This document shows positions 10,406-20,445 of a stretch of DNA of 64,000 bases, piece after piece. Each line of letters opens with the position of its first letter. Position 1 is the first letter of the stretch. This DNA is from Candidatus Cloacimonadota bacterium. GTDB lineage: Bacteria > Cloacimonadota > Cloacimonadia > G963667145. The translations under genes and the position numbers were made by a program. The notes below the pieces were generated by a model. That model did not search any database, was not told the origin of the DNA, and saw only the letters and a program-made list of their open reading frames with translations. The DNA is taken from assembly GCA_963676615.1 (NCBI GenBank), contig OY781092.1, forward strand, positions 1,248,001 through 1,312,000, read 5' to 3'.

Positions 10406-11041
10406 TTAAGATAAAAAAGTCCTACCCGATAGTATCCACTTCCAAACAGGCTCGACTCTGATTCTCACACCATCTTCCTCGAACTCGTCCTCTTCTTCCT
10501 CGGTTAAAATCAGCCCCTCTGGCAAATCGTAGGCTTTGCAAGCGTTCAAAAGCCCTGCAACTTCCCGCTTTCGGGTGCTTTCCTCCGCCAAACTCACCGT
10601 AACCTGCACAGCCTGGCAGATTTTATCTTTGATCCGCACAACAAAATCGCACTCGACCTTATTGCGATGATAGTAAAGCTCGCCCCAAAATCTCCGCAAC
10701 TGCAAAAAAAACACATTTTCCAGCACCCTGCTGCGATCTTCCAAAAAACGAAACGACAGACAGTCGGAAAAAGCACTCCTCCAAAAGCGAAAAATCTTCC
10801 ACCGAAAAATCGCTCAAGCGCTCATCATCGAAATTTAAATAATAATCTCGCTCGGTATTTTTTTGCCTGACAATCTCCATTAAAGTCGATTTTCCCGCTC
10901 TGCGAATACCGCTAAAAATATCAACAAAACCGTTTGAAGCGCCTTTTGCTATCTCCAAAAACTTATCTCGCTCTATATAACTTCGTTTTTTGAGCTTTTT
11001 CGTCTGCCGCAATATTATCGATTTAAGTTACCTTTTCTCAT
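10406..11041 (-). pseudogene. AAA+ ATPase (AAA_14 + DUF4143 type), frameshifted with a large internal deletion
   Basis: GGAGG RBS and ATG at 11041 hit a stop after 8 codons; Walker A fragment GIRRAGKST plus YLNFDDERL lies in a second frame; C-terminal LENVFFLQL...ECDFVV...VQV...REVAGL fragment lies in a third frame; Walker B and middle region missing. Confidence 0.8.
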
Positions 11042-11179
11042 ATTTAGCCTCCAAAACTATCTATTACCAACAGACAAATATCAAGATTTTGTCCACTAAC
11101 AATTCACAAAATTCGCAAAATATCTCTAATTGTAATTCACAAAATCTGAAAACCTTCTCCTCAAATCTTCATCATTTTA

Positions 11180-11623
11180 CTACTTTGCCTCATAAACTTT
11201 ATACTTTCCTTTGCGTTTTTCGTGCAAAAGCCCCTTGCTTAACAGCGCAGAAAAAGTTTGTTGTAGCGCACTCCGTCCGCTTTTGTGAAATTTAGAAAAA
11301 AGCTTTTCTTTCGTTTTTGGAACGGCACAAAATTTCAACATTTTAGCATCTAAGCCATCTCCAACAGAAATTGGAGACTTGCCAACCTTGACCAAAGTTT
11401 GCCCAATATTGCAACGGCTTTCACTCTCTGTAAAAAATTGCACACCTGCGCTCCGCAAAAAACTTCGCACTTTTCGCTGCAGCACGCCACCAACGCCAGA
11501 AGAGCCGTAGCCATGCACCACCAAAAGCTCACTCTCCCCGGAATCGACCAAACGATTATAGCTGTTCACCAGAGCCTCCAGCCCTTCTCCCGCAGCCATT
11601 CCATGCAAATCCAGCTCAATCAT
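11180..11623 (-). CDS. Small Smr/MutS2-domain protein
   Basis: ELDLHGM...LLVVHGYGSSG Smr motifs; ATGA overlap with the upstream antiporter. Confidence 0.8.
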   Translation of the reverse strand: MIELDLHGMAAGEGLEALVNSYNRLVDSGESELLVVHGYGSSGVGGVLQRKVRSFLRSAGVQFFTESESRCNIGQTLVKVGKSPISVGDGLDAKMLKFCAVPKTKEKLFSKFHKSGRSALQQTFSALLSKGLLHEKRKGKYKVYEAK

Positions 11624-13776
11624 TTCGTGAAATAGCGATAAATCTCTTCTTCGTTTTTGAGCGACAAAATCTTTTCCGCTTTTTCCAGCGAATCCACTTT
11701 TTGCGCCAACTGCGTCATCAGCTGAATATGCGGCGAGCTTTTTTTGTTGCTAGACAAAATCAGGATAAAAATCTTCGTCGGACGCCCATCCATCGAGCCT
11801 GCCTCAATTTCCCGCTGACTGATACCCACAGCCACCACGCCGCTATCGATGCCCTCAATCTTCGCATGCGGAAAGCAAGAAAAGTTCCCCAAAGCCGTCG
11901 AAGCGGTCGCCTCGCGTGCCAAAACCGCCTCTAGCGGCGTCTGCATCTGCGCAATTTCGCCCACATCGTAGAGCCGCTGCAACATCTCCTGCACAATCTG
12001 CGCCGTGTTCTCGCCCGTCAAATTCGGCATAATCGCCTGCCTACACACAAAATCTTTGAGCCGAATCTTGCTCTTTTCGTTGATGACGATTTTTTTATTT
12101 TGCAAAGTCGGCCGCAGATTTTTCCGCTGGCTGCTCACCTCGTCCTTCAGCCCCTGCATCTCCTCCACAAGTTGCGTTAACGCCTCGTTTATCAACGCCT
12201 TAACAAAATCGATATTCTCTCGACTCGTCTCAATTCTGATCATTTTCGGCATCAAAATCAACTTGATATTTATCAAATCTTTGCGAATGTAAAAAATTTT
12301 ATTCTCAAGCCAAAGGGTGTGAACAAAAAAGCCCTCATCTTTGAAAAACGAAATCGTCAAATTTGCCAAAAACCCCGTAAACTGCTGGCTGGCAAAGCTA
12401 AACTCCACCACTTTCGTGTTGACATTCTTCACTTTTTGCTTCATCCCCAGCTTTTTTTGCCCAAAAAGATAGCTTATCATCGGCGACGCCACCGCTGTGC
12501 TGAACAGCACCAAAATTATCGCACATCCAAAAATCTCATTGGAGATAAAACCGCTGGCAAGTCCGATGCCTGCCACAATCGTCGTCACCTCGCCGCGAGG
12601 CACCATCCCCCAGCCAATCCGCGCTGCTCCCAGCGAGTTAAACCCCGCAAATAAAGCTGGCAAACCGCATCCCAAAATTTTAGCAAGCACCGCCACAAAA
12701 GAGAAAATCAAGCCCAAAAGCAAAATCGAGCTATCGGCGAAAACCCGCACATCCACGAGCATCCCCACGACCACGAAAAAAATCGGCACAAACATCACCT
12801 TCAGCAGCTCCACGCTCTCCAAAACTGTGTAACTGATGTCCGTTTTGGACAGCGAAAGCCCCGTGACATAAGCTCCGATAATCATCGCCAGCCCCGCTTT
12901 TTCGAAAACGCCAGCCACCAAAAGTGCCAGTCCAAAAGCCAAAGTCGAAAAAACATAACGATTTTTGAAAAACTTCAAAGTTTTGGAAATTTTGTGCGCC
13001 AGGCTCAACCCGATTGCCGTCACCAAAAGCCACACACCGACCGCCTTGCCACCTATCCAAGCAACTCGCGTCCAGTTCATCGCCGAGCCGCTATCCAGCG
13101 AACCGATAATACCCAAAACGACCGCAAAAATGATGATTCCCGAGATGTCGTCCAAAACCGCTATCGACAAAATCGTCACTCCCTCAGGCGAGCCGAGCTT
13201 TTTTTTCTCGGAAATTATCCTGGCTGTAGCTCCGATAGATGTCGCCGTGGACAGCACTCCCAAAAACAAGCAAAACGGATCCATCAGACCTTTTCCCAAA
13301 TAAAAAACGCCGACTGCTACCGCAAAACCGAAAGAAAAAACGACATCCAAAATTATGAACAAGGAAAGTTTGCCAAAAAGTTTTTTTAGCGAGCCCTCGC
13401 CAAATCGCATTATCATCTCCAAGTCGGTCTCCAATCCTGCGCAAAACAGAAGGATAATCGACGCCAATGTGGAGATGGAATAGAGCGTCGCCGAGACAGG
13501 AAAGCCGCCCGATGCCAGCGGGAAAAGCCCCGCTGGAAAACCCAAAAAGCCAATCGAGCCCAAGACATACGGACCGATGACAATGCCGGCGACAATCTCG
13601 CCCAAAACAGACGGCAAGCCAAATTTACGCAGCAAATCGCCAAAAAATTTAGCCGCAAAAATAATCACCCCCAGCTGAAAAACCAACATCGTCGCCTCGT
13701 GAATAGCTCCGTCCTCGCTGGCGAAAAGTCCGCCAACACCAAGCAAAAAGCCGCAAAAAACGCAAAATTTTTTCAT
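11620..13776 (-). CDS. CPA2-family cation:proton antiporter fused to a C-terminal PTS EIIA domain
   Basis: Many TM helices, ATSIG, AVLDD, GMVPRGEV; C-terminal ARE..ASTALG..FPHAK, SMDGRPT. Confidence 0.85.
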   Translation of the reverse strand: MKKFCVFCGFLLGVGGLFASEDGAIHEATMLVFQLGVIIFAAKFFGDLLRKFGLPSVLGEIVAGIVIGPYVLGSIGFLGFPAGLFPLASGGFPVSATLYSISTLASIILLFCAGLETDLEMIMRFGEGSLKKLFGKLSLFIILDVVFSFGFAVAVGVFYLGKGLMDPFCLFLGVLSTATSIGATARIISEKKKLGSPEGVTILSIAVLDDISGIIIFAVVLGIIGSLDSGSAMNWTRVAWIGGKAVGVWLLVTAIGLSLAHKISKTLKFFKNRYVFSTLAFGLALLVAGVFEKAGLAMIIGAYVTGLSLSKTDISYTVLESVELLKVMFVPIFFVVVGMLVDVRVFADSSILLLGLIFSFVAVLAKILGCGLPALFAGFNSLGAARIGWGMVPRGEVTTIVAGIGLASGFISNEIFGCAIILVLFSTAVASPMISYLFGQKKLGMKQKVKNVNTKVVEFSFASQQFTGFLANLTISFFKDEGFFVHTLWLENKIFYIRKDLINIKLILMPKMIRIETSRENIDFVKALINEALTQLVEEMQGLKDEVSSQRKNLRPTLQNKKIVINEKSKIRLKDFVCRQAIMPNLTGENTAQIVQEMLQRLYDVGEIAQMQTPLEAVLAREATASTALGNFSCFPHAKIEGIDSGVVAVGISQREIEAGSMDGRPTKIFILILSSNKKSSPHIQLMTQLAQKVDSLEKAEKILSLKNEEEIYRYFTK

Positions 13777-13974
13777 CTTCGCATCTCCTTACAAAGAAAA
13801 CTTTTTTCAAAAAAGCGAATCTAGCCAAACAGAAATTTAGTCAACCCTTATGAAAAAAATCGTTTAAAATATTACTTTTGGTGGCAGAATTACAGACACC
13901 CCTTGAACCGACCAAAATAAAACCATTTTTTATTTGACACCAAACACCCAAATTACAGCTTTGATTTTGTTCGA

Positions 13975-14051
<77 letters not shown>

Positions 14052-14062
14052 TTTTTTTATTT

Positions 14063-14139
14063 GGCGACATAGCTCAGTTGGTTAGAGCATCGGAATCATA
14101 ATCCGAGTGTCCGGGGTTCGAGTCCCTGTGTCGCTACCA
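14063..14139 (+). tRNA. tRNA with CAT anticodon, probably elongator tRNA-Met (Ile2 not excluded)
   Basis: GGCGACA/TGTCGCT acceptor stem; TCGGA-ATCATAA-TCCGA; GTTCGAGTC; ACCA end. Confidence 0.88.
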
Positions 14140-14151
14140 TTTTTTTGCTGT

Positions 14152-14228
14152 GCGCCAGTAGCTCAGCTGGATAGAGCAACGGCCTTCTAAGCCGTAGGTC
14201 TCAGGTTCGAATCCTGACTGGCGTGCCA
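14152..14228 (+). tRNA. tRNA-Arg (TCT)
   Basis: ACGGC-CTTCTAA-GCCGT anticodon arm; GGTTCGAATCC; GCCA end. Confidence 0.95.
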
Positions 14229-14272
14229 TTTAAGAAACGGCTAAAAATCTTTTTAAAAAATTCCCGACTAAA

Positions 14273-15382
14273 TCACTTTTTTCCAAGCACTTTGCGCGGA
14301 TCAACAGCCTTGCCTTTGACACGATACTCAAAATGCAACTGCGGCGAGTCAACTCTGCCCGTTTTACCCAGCTTGGCTATCGGCTGACCAGCACTCACCT
14401 TATCGCCACTGCGCACCAAATTCACCTTGTTGTGCGCATACACCGTCATCGCGAACTTGTCGTGTTCCACAACAATCACATTCCCATAACCGCGTTGCTC
14501 GCCAGCAAAAATCACCTTGCCGCCTAGAGCCGCCAGCACAGCATCACCCTCTTTTCCCGCAATATTCACGCCCTTGTTAATCGTCAGTCCCTGCTTGCCA
14601 AAATTGGAAATAATCCGCCCGCTCTTCACGGGCAGTTTCAAATCAGAATGTTGCGGCTTTGCCTGCGTAATCGTCTTCGCCGCTGCAACTCTCACCCTTT
14701 TGGGCGTCGCAATTGCCGACTTTGCCGCCCGAACGACAGTGCCTCCCTTGGCAGAAGTCGCCGTTTTCGTAGCTCGGCTCACTCTCGGCGAACTCGCCAC
14801 CACCGTCGTTTTCTTCCGCTGAGGCCTACTGACAGTCACCTTTTTTGTCGACAAACTCGACTTCGGCTTCAGTTTGCCCTCAACCAGCCAAACCTTCTGC
14901 CCCTGCTTAATCTCCACGCCATTCAGACCGTTAAAATCGACCAAATCCAAAATAAACACGCCATACATATGCGAAATATCCGCCAAACTCTGTCCATAAC
15001 TAGCGATGTGATACTTCTCGGGCGGAATCTCCGACCTGGTGATATACTTGTGATAAACATTCAGATTCGGCTTCAGATAAATCTTCTGTCCCAAAAAAAT
15101 CTCATCATCAATCAAATTGTTATAAAGCTTCAACTTTTTGACCGAAACGCCCGTCACTCTGCTGATTTGCGTGAGATTGTCGCCACGGCGAGCTATGTGA
15201 TAATCGTCCGATTCCGTCACAAACAAAGGATTGCTCCGCGACTGTTTCGGCGACAAATTTTGGCTAGTTTTTGCAGAATTATCGGCTCTTGCCGCCTGTG
15301 GATCGCTGCTATATCTGGCTGTAGAGGCACACGAGGCTAGCAAAAAACTAACCAAGCACAACAACAAAACATTTTTCGGCAT
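14273..15382 (-). CDS. NlpD-like lipoprotein with two LysM domains and an M23 domain
   Basis: Lipobox LLASC; two LysM repeats; M23 motifs YGNVIVVEH, YAHN, LHFEYR; first Zn motif degenerate (NKGVN); start set at ATG 15382 after a GGAGA RBS. Confidence 0.85.
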   Translation of the reverse strand: MPKNVLLLCLVSFLLASCASTARYSSDPQAARADNSAKTSQNLSPKQSRSNPLFVTESDDYHIARRGDNLTQISRVTGVSVKKLKLYNNLIDDEIFLGQKIYLKPNLNVYHKYITRSEIPPEKYHIASYGQSLADISHMYGVFILDLVDFNGLNGVEIKQGQKVWLVEGKLKPKSSLSTKKVTVSRPQRKKTTVVASSPRVSRATKTATSAKGGTVVRAAKSAIATPKRVRVAAAKTITQAKPQHSDLKLPVKSGRIISNFGKQGLTINKGVNIAGKEGDAVLAALGGKVIFAGEQRGYGNVIVVEHDKFAMTVYAHNKVNLVRSGDKVSAGQPIAKLGKTGRVDSPQLHFEYRVKGKAVDPRKVLGKK

Positions 15383-15409
15383 AATCTCCTTCCTCAAATT
15401 TCTTTCAAA

Positions 15410-16435
15410 TCATTCATTATCGCTACCTTCCAGCAACTCTCGCAGCTCACTCTTACTAGGCAAAACGGTCTGATATTTGCTCGCAAAAATTTGCTCATTA
15501 TTTTCAGGCAGCGTTATTTCAACAAGCGTGTCGCTCTTATCCTGACACAGCACAATTCCAATCGTTCTATTCTCATCATCCAATTTCACAAACCTGTCAT
15601 AATAATTCACATACATCTGCAATTGCCCAATATCCTGATGTTTGAGTTCCCCAATTTTTAAATCTATAAGAACAAAAGATTTCAAAAGCCGATTATAAAA
15701 AACCAAATCTATCCTAAAATGTTTTTCATCAATCGTTATTCTTTTTTGCCTAGCAACAAAAGTGTAGCCTTTACCTAGCTCCAACAAAAAATACTCCAAT
15801 TTATCGATCAATTTTTGCTCAAGCTCAGTTTCCGAATAAGCTCTATTTTCGGGCAAACCCACAAACTCCAGAATATAAGGGTCTTTTAAAGCATCTTTCG
15901 GCGTCTGAATCAAATGCCCTCTCTTCGACAAGCTTTTGACTTTTTCTTTGTCTTGGCTCAAAACAAGCCGCTGATACAAAGCACTATCACACTGCCTTTT
16001 CAACTCTCGCAAACTCCAATTATTTTGCCTTGCCTCTATTTCATAAAAATCTCTTTCCGCCTGATTATCGATGCGAATAAGCTTTAGATAATGCGACCAA
16101 CCCAGCTGAAAATCTGGCTTTCCTGTTTTCCGAGACAGTGTTTCGGAATTCCCGTAAACCAAATAAAACTTCCTCATATTTTCAAGATTATCCACCGAAA
16201 AACCTTTCCCAAAATCATCACTCAAACGCCTAGACAACTCCTGCAAAATTTGTTTGCCATACTCCGCGCGCTCCTTGCCGTTTTGCTGCTCCTCGACAAT
16301 CATCCGCCCTATCTCAAAATAGGTGTAAACCATTGTTTTATTTACAAAATGAACAACCTCACCTCGAGCCTGCTGCAGCAACTGCGCAACTTTCCCATAA
16401 AAATCGACCCGCTTTTTTTGTGTCACAGCCGCCAT
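15410..16435 (-). CDS. YhcG / DUF1016 PD-(D/E)XK nuclease-domain protein
   Basis: GFSVDNLENMRKFY, LGWSHY, KDPYILEF, FLLELGKG, IDLVFY, IDLK, GQLQMYVNYYD. Confidence 0.9.
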   Translation of the reverse strand: MAAVTQKKRVDFYGKVAQLLQQARGEVVHFVNKTMVYTYFEIGRMIVEEQQNGKERAEYGKQILQELSRRLSDDFGKGFSVDNLENMRKFYLVYGNSETLSRKTGKPDFQLGWSHYLKLIRIDNQAERDFYEIEARQNNWSLRELKRQCDSALYQRLVLSQDKEKVKSLSKRGHLIQTPKDALKDPYILEFVGLPENRAYSETELEQKLIDKLEYFLLELGKGYTFVARQKRITIDEKHFRIDLVFYNRLLKSFVLIDLKIGELKHQDIGQLQMYVNYYDRFVKLDDENRTIGIVLCQDKSDTLVEITLPENNEQIFASKYQTVLPSKSELRELLEGSDNE

Positions 16436-16438
16436 AAC

Positions 16439-18328
16439 CTACTGACTAAACTGCAAATTATAAAGCTTTTGATACTGCCCACAAGACTGCAAAAGCTCCT
16501 CGTGTCTGCCAACTCCCACAATTTCGCCGCTCTCCATCACCACAATTTTGTCCGCCGAAAGCACAGTTGACAAGCGATGAGCGATAACAAACACCGTCCG
16601 ATCAGCAGTCACCCTGTCGATAGCCGTCTGCACATTTTTTTCCGCAATCGTATCCAGCGCCGAAGTCGCCTCGTCAAAAATCAAAATCGGCGGATCAGCC
16701 ACCACCGCTCTGGCGATGCACAACCGCTGCTTCTGACCTCCCGAAAGATTCGCCCCCTTCGAAGTCAGCATCTGCTGATAACCATTGGGAAATTTCTCGA
16801 TAAAATCGCTGGCAAAAGCCACTCGCGCAGCATTTATCACCTGCTCCTGGCTCGCCTTTTGCGGATGCCCATAGGCGATATTATTGAAAATCGTGTCCGT
16901 AAACAAAATCGAATTTTGCGTAACGATGCCAAACAGCGAGCGCAACGAGCGCAACGAGAACTCCTTGCTGGAAACTCCGTCGATCAAAATCTGCCCATCA
17001 AAATAGTCGTAGAAGCGCGGCAAAAGATTAACCAAAGTCGTCTTGCCGCTGCCAGAGCTCCCCACAAAAGCCACCGTTTGCCCTTTTTCCACCTGCAAAT
17101 TCAAGCCCTTGAGCACATTCTGCGCATCCCGAGAATACGCAAAGCTCAAATCTTTAATCTCGATTTTTTCGTTAAACTCCAGCACCTCTTTGGCGTCCAC
17201 TTTTTCCACAACGCCAGTGTCCAAATCCAAAATCTTGGAAACCCGCTCCAGCGAGACATTCGCCTTCTTCAGTTCGGCATAGCAGCGACTCATCACTTTA
17301 ATCGGATGCAGCATCGAAGCCACCGCAGCCAAAAAAACCATAAAATCGCCAAAAGTAAAACTGCCCTTGCCGTTCAAAACTTGCGAGCCGCCCAACAGCA
17401 AAATTATAATAATCGTCAAAATCGAATTAACTTCCGAAAGAGGCGTATTTATCGTCTTATAAAGCAGCGACTTAAGCTCAAACTTCAGGTGCGTTGCGTT
17501 GATGTCGTTAAACTTCTGCTTCTCGACATCCTCCTTGCAAAAAGCTTTCACGATCCAAATATTCGCCAGAGCCTCCTCCACATGCGAAAAAAGATCAGAA
17601 AATTTCGCCTGAATCCGCTGAGAATACTTCTTGATTTTTTTGCCAATCAGCCCGATAATCACTGGGAACAGCGGCAAAACGACGATACTAATCAAAAGCA
17701 GCTTTGCGTTGATGCTCAGCGCCAGCACAAAAAACGCAAGCACCGTGATGCCGTTGCGGACAATCTCCACAAGCGAGGTGATATACAGCGTGCTGATGAT
17801 GTCCACATCGTTGACCATCCGCACCATCGAATCGCCCACCTTGTTGTTCGAAAAAAACAAAAGCGACTGCCGCATATAGCTGGCAAACATCATATCGCGC
17901 ACATCTTTTATCGTCAAAAATTTCAACTTCCCAAAGCAAATTTTGTCGCCATAAAAAAACATATTTTTGGCAAAAATCGCCGCAATGGCTACCGCTCCAA
18001 CAATCATCAGCAACATAAACGGCTCGGTCGTCATCAAGACCCCTTGCAAAGTCTGCCAAAACGGAGCAAAAACTTCGGTGCCAGAAAACCACTGGCTAAA
18101 CGAAGGCAACCGCTCCAGACTAAACTTTACCGCTTCCCAAAAGGAAGCCAAATCCGTGAAACTGTTAACGCTGCCCGGCTCTCGCACAAAAATAAAATCG
18201 AGCACGGGCTTCACAAAAGTGATCGACACCGCCGAAAACAGCGAAAATCCGAACATAAACAAAAGCCCAAGCAGCAGATACGGCCAGTGACGAAGCGAAA
18301 TTTTATACAATCTTCTGATGTTACTCAT
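16439..18328 (-). CDS. ABC exporter, fused permease and ATPase (MsbA-like)
   Basis: N-terminal TM domain; [35 protein letters not shown]; likely start MSNIRR at 18328. Confidence 0.88.
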   Translation of the reverse strand: MSNIRRLYKISLRHWPYLLLGLLFMFGFSLFSAVSITFVKPVLDFIFVREPGSVNSFTDLASFWEAVKFSLERLPSFSQWFSGTEVFAPFWQTLQGVLMTTEPFMLLMIVGAVAIAAIFAKNMFFYGDKICFGKLKFLTIKDVRDMMFASYMRQSLLFFSNNKVGDSMVRMVNDVDIISTLYITSLVEIVRNGITVLAFFVLALSINAKLLLISIVVLPLFPVIIGLIGKKIKKYSQRIQAKFSDLFSHVEEALANIWIVKAFCKEDVEKQKFNDINATHLKFELKSLLYKTINTPLSEVNSILTIIIILLLGGSQVLNGKGSFTFGDFMVFLAAVASMLHPIKVMSRCYAELKKANVSLERVSKILDLDTGVVEKVDAKEVLEFNEKIEIKDLSFAYSRDAQNVLKGLNLQVEKGQTVAFVGSSGSGKTTLVNLLPRFYDYFDGQILIDGVSSKEFSLRSLRSLFGIVTQNSILFTDTIFNNIAYGHPQKASQEQVINAARVAFASDFIEKFPNGYQQMLTSKGANLSGGQKQRLCIARAVVADPPILIFDEATSALDTIAEKNVQTAIDRVTADRTVFVIAHRLSTVLSADKIVVMESGEIVGVGRHEELLQSCGQYQKLYNLQFSQ

Positions 18329-19089
18329 TAGCGAAACTCTCCCAAAAAGCGCCATTCTCGCAACTTATCGATCGAACATTGATGCGAAAAATTGGCAAAA
18401 ACTGGCGTTATCGAAATTTTCTGCTCGTGCACAGCCTCGATATCCGAGCCAACATCGTGCCGATACACAATGTCTTCCACGCCAAAATTGAACTCAATCG
18501 TGCCGTCGTCCTGCATCTTCCCTTTGCTAAAACCAACGAACTCCCGATGCCCAAGACAAGTCACCGCAACGCCCTGCAGCTCTTCGCGCGAAACTTTTGG
18601 AACATTTATGTTCAAAAACTCCTGTTTGCCGATGAAGTCGGTCAAATCGTTCTGCAACGCCTGCGCAATAAACTCCGCAGCCAAGCTAAAATCGGTCGCA
18701 TCAAAACCCATCTGCGAAATCGCTATCGCCTTGTAGCCGTGGAACGAGCCCTCGCGCGCGGCAGCGACAGTCCCCGAATAGTAAATATCCTCGCCGATAT
18801 TTTGCCCCTGATTTATTCCCGAAATCACCAAATCGATTTTCTCGTCCTTAAAAAGCAACTTCTCGGCAACCAACACGCAATCCGCGGGCGTTCCGTCGAT
18901 CATATAGCGATTTTTCTGCATCTGCCGACACACCAACTTCTCAAACAAAGTGATGCTGTGCGACTTGGCGCTTTGTTGCGTTGCGGGCGCCACCACAAAA
19001 AGGTTATGCCCATCTTTTTCCAGCCGAGCAATCAGCGTCTGAATGCCGCCAGCGTTGTATCCGTCGTCGTTCGAAATCAAAATATTCAA
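18328..19089 (-). CDS. surE: 5'/3'-nucleotidase SurE
   Basis: ILISNDDG, GTPADCV, SGINQGQN, YSGTVAAA. Confidence 0.95.
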   Translation of the reverse strand: MNILISNDDGYNAGGIQTLIARLEKDGHNLFVVAPATQQSAKSHSITLFEKLVCRQMQKNRYMIDGTPADCVLVAEKLLFKDEKIDLVISGINQGQNIGEDIYYSGTVAAAREGSFHGYKAIAISQMGFDATDFSLAAEFIAQALQNDLTDFIGKQEFLNINVPKVSREELQGVAVTCLGHREFVGFSKGKMQDDGTIEFNFGVEDIVYRHDVGSDIEAVHEQKISITPVFANFSHQCSIDKLREWRFLGEFR

Positions 19090-19149
19090 TTTACACTTCC
19101 TATCTATTCCAAAATTTTCGCAATTCTACTCAAAAGCGAAATCTGGCAA

Positions 19150-20445
19150 CTATTTTTTCTCTTTCCTTTGCAAAAATTCGGGCAAAATCTTGGCAATTTC
19201 CGCCTTTATTTTGGCAAAATCAAAGCTCACAAAATCGCCATCGGCATATAATCTGCGCCCAGCGACCCACACATCGCTCACATCGCTGGCTTGGGCGCTG
19301 TACACCAGCAGCGACACCAAATCGTGCGCAGGATACAGGTGCGGCTTGTCCAAATCCAGCAAAACGATATCCGCCTGTTTGCCTTTCACAAAGCTGCCGA
19401 TTTCGTCCTGCAAGCCAAGAGCCTTAGCGCCCTCAATCGTCGCCATCTGCAAAATTTTGCTCGCTGGCAAAACCTGCGGATCTCCCGTAACGCCTTTGGC
19501 GATAAGCGCCGCAAGGTGCATCTCCTCGAACATATTTTGGTTGTTGTTGCTCGCTGGTCCGTCCGTTCCCAGCGCAACTCCCACTCCCGCATCCAGCATC
19601 TTTTGCACCGGCGCAAACCCGTTGGCAAGCTTCAGATTGCTGCTGGGATTATGCACGACGAAAGTCCGCTTCTCCGCCAAAATCTGCAAATCGGCGTCTG
19701 TTGCCTGCACGCAATGAGCCGCCATCGCTTTGCCATCCAAAAGCCCCAAATCTGCGACATACGCAATGGGCGTTTTGCCCCAATCGGCGCTGGCTTTGCG
19801 CATCTCGTCCAAACTCTCGGAAAGATGAATATGCACAGGAATCTGCAGCTCTTTTTGCAGCTCTCGCACCTTTTGCAAAAACTCTCCCGAGCAAGTATAA
19901 GGTGCGTGAGGACCAAGCATCGTCGAAATTCTGCCGTCTGCTGCCCCGTGCCATTTTTGCCAAAAATCTCTCGCCTCTTGCAACTTAAAATCGTCCGCAG
20001 GGCTAAACCAAGTGAGCCCACGACACAACGATGCCCGTAACCCACTGTCTTGCACGGAGTTAGCTACATCATCCAAAAAAAAATACATATCCGCAAAGCA
20101 AGTCGTCCCCGAGGCGATCATCTCCGCACACGAAAGCGCACACCCCCAATAAACCATCTGCCCGCTGAGATTTTCCTCCAGCGGCAAAATCTTATCGTTG
20201 AGCCACTGCCAAAACGCCAAATCGTCGGCGTAGCCCCGCATCAGACTCATGGCGATATGCGTGTGAGCGTTCACAAGACCTGGCATCGCCAGCTTTCCAC
20301 TACCGTCGATTATCTCATCCGGCACAAAATCCGCTGGCTTTTCGCCCACAAACGCGATTTCCTGACCGTCGATTCCGATGCAACCGCAGCCAACGCTGCC
20401 GCAATCTTCGCTCAAAATCTGCAAATTTTCGATTAAGGTTTTCAT
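19150..20445 (-). CDS. Metal-dependent amidohydrolase, MTA/SAH deaminase (MtaD/SsnA family)
   Basis: PGLVNAHTH, GPHAPYTC, HIHLSE, AHCV, HNPSSNLKLANG, LGTDGPASNN. Confidence 0.85.
   Translation of the reverse strand: MKTLIENLQILSEDCGSVGCGCIGIDGQEIAFVGEKPADFVPDEIIDGSGKLAMPGLVNAHTHIAMSLMRGYADDLAFWQWLNDKILPLEENLSGQMVYWGCALSCAEMIASGTTCFADMYFFLDDVANSVQDSGLRASLCRGLTWFSPADDFKLQEARDFWQKWHGAADGRISTMLGPHAPYTCSGEFLQKVRELQKELQIPVHIHLSESLDEMRKASADWGKTPIAYVADLGLLDGKAMAAHCVQATDADLQILAEKRTFVVHNPSSNLKLANGFAPVQKMLDAGVGVALGTDGPASNNNQNMFEEMHLAALIAKGVTGDPQVLPASKILQMATIEGAKALGLQDEIGSFVKGKQADIVLLDLDKPHLYPAHDLVSLLVYSAQASDVSDVWVAGRRLYADGDFVSFDFAKIKAEIAKILPEFLQRKEKK

Noticed and set aside
16577..18331. Other long antisense ORFs (also 25360-27159, 30584-32398, 36527-37864, 45498-46949, 53453-54517)
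   Set aside because: Each mirrors a well-supported minus-strand gene and has no family motifs; same codon-bias artefact.
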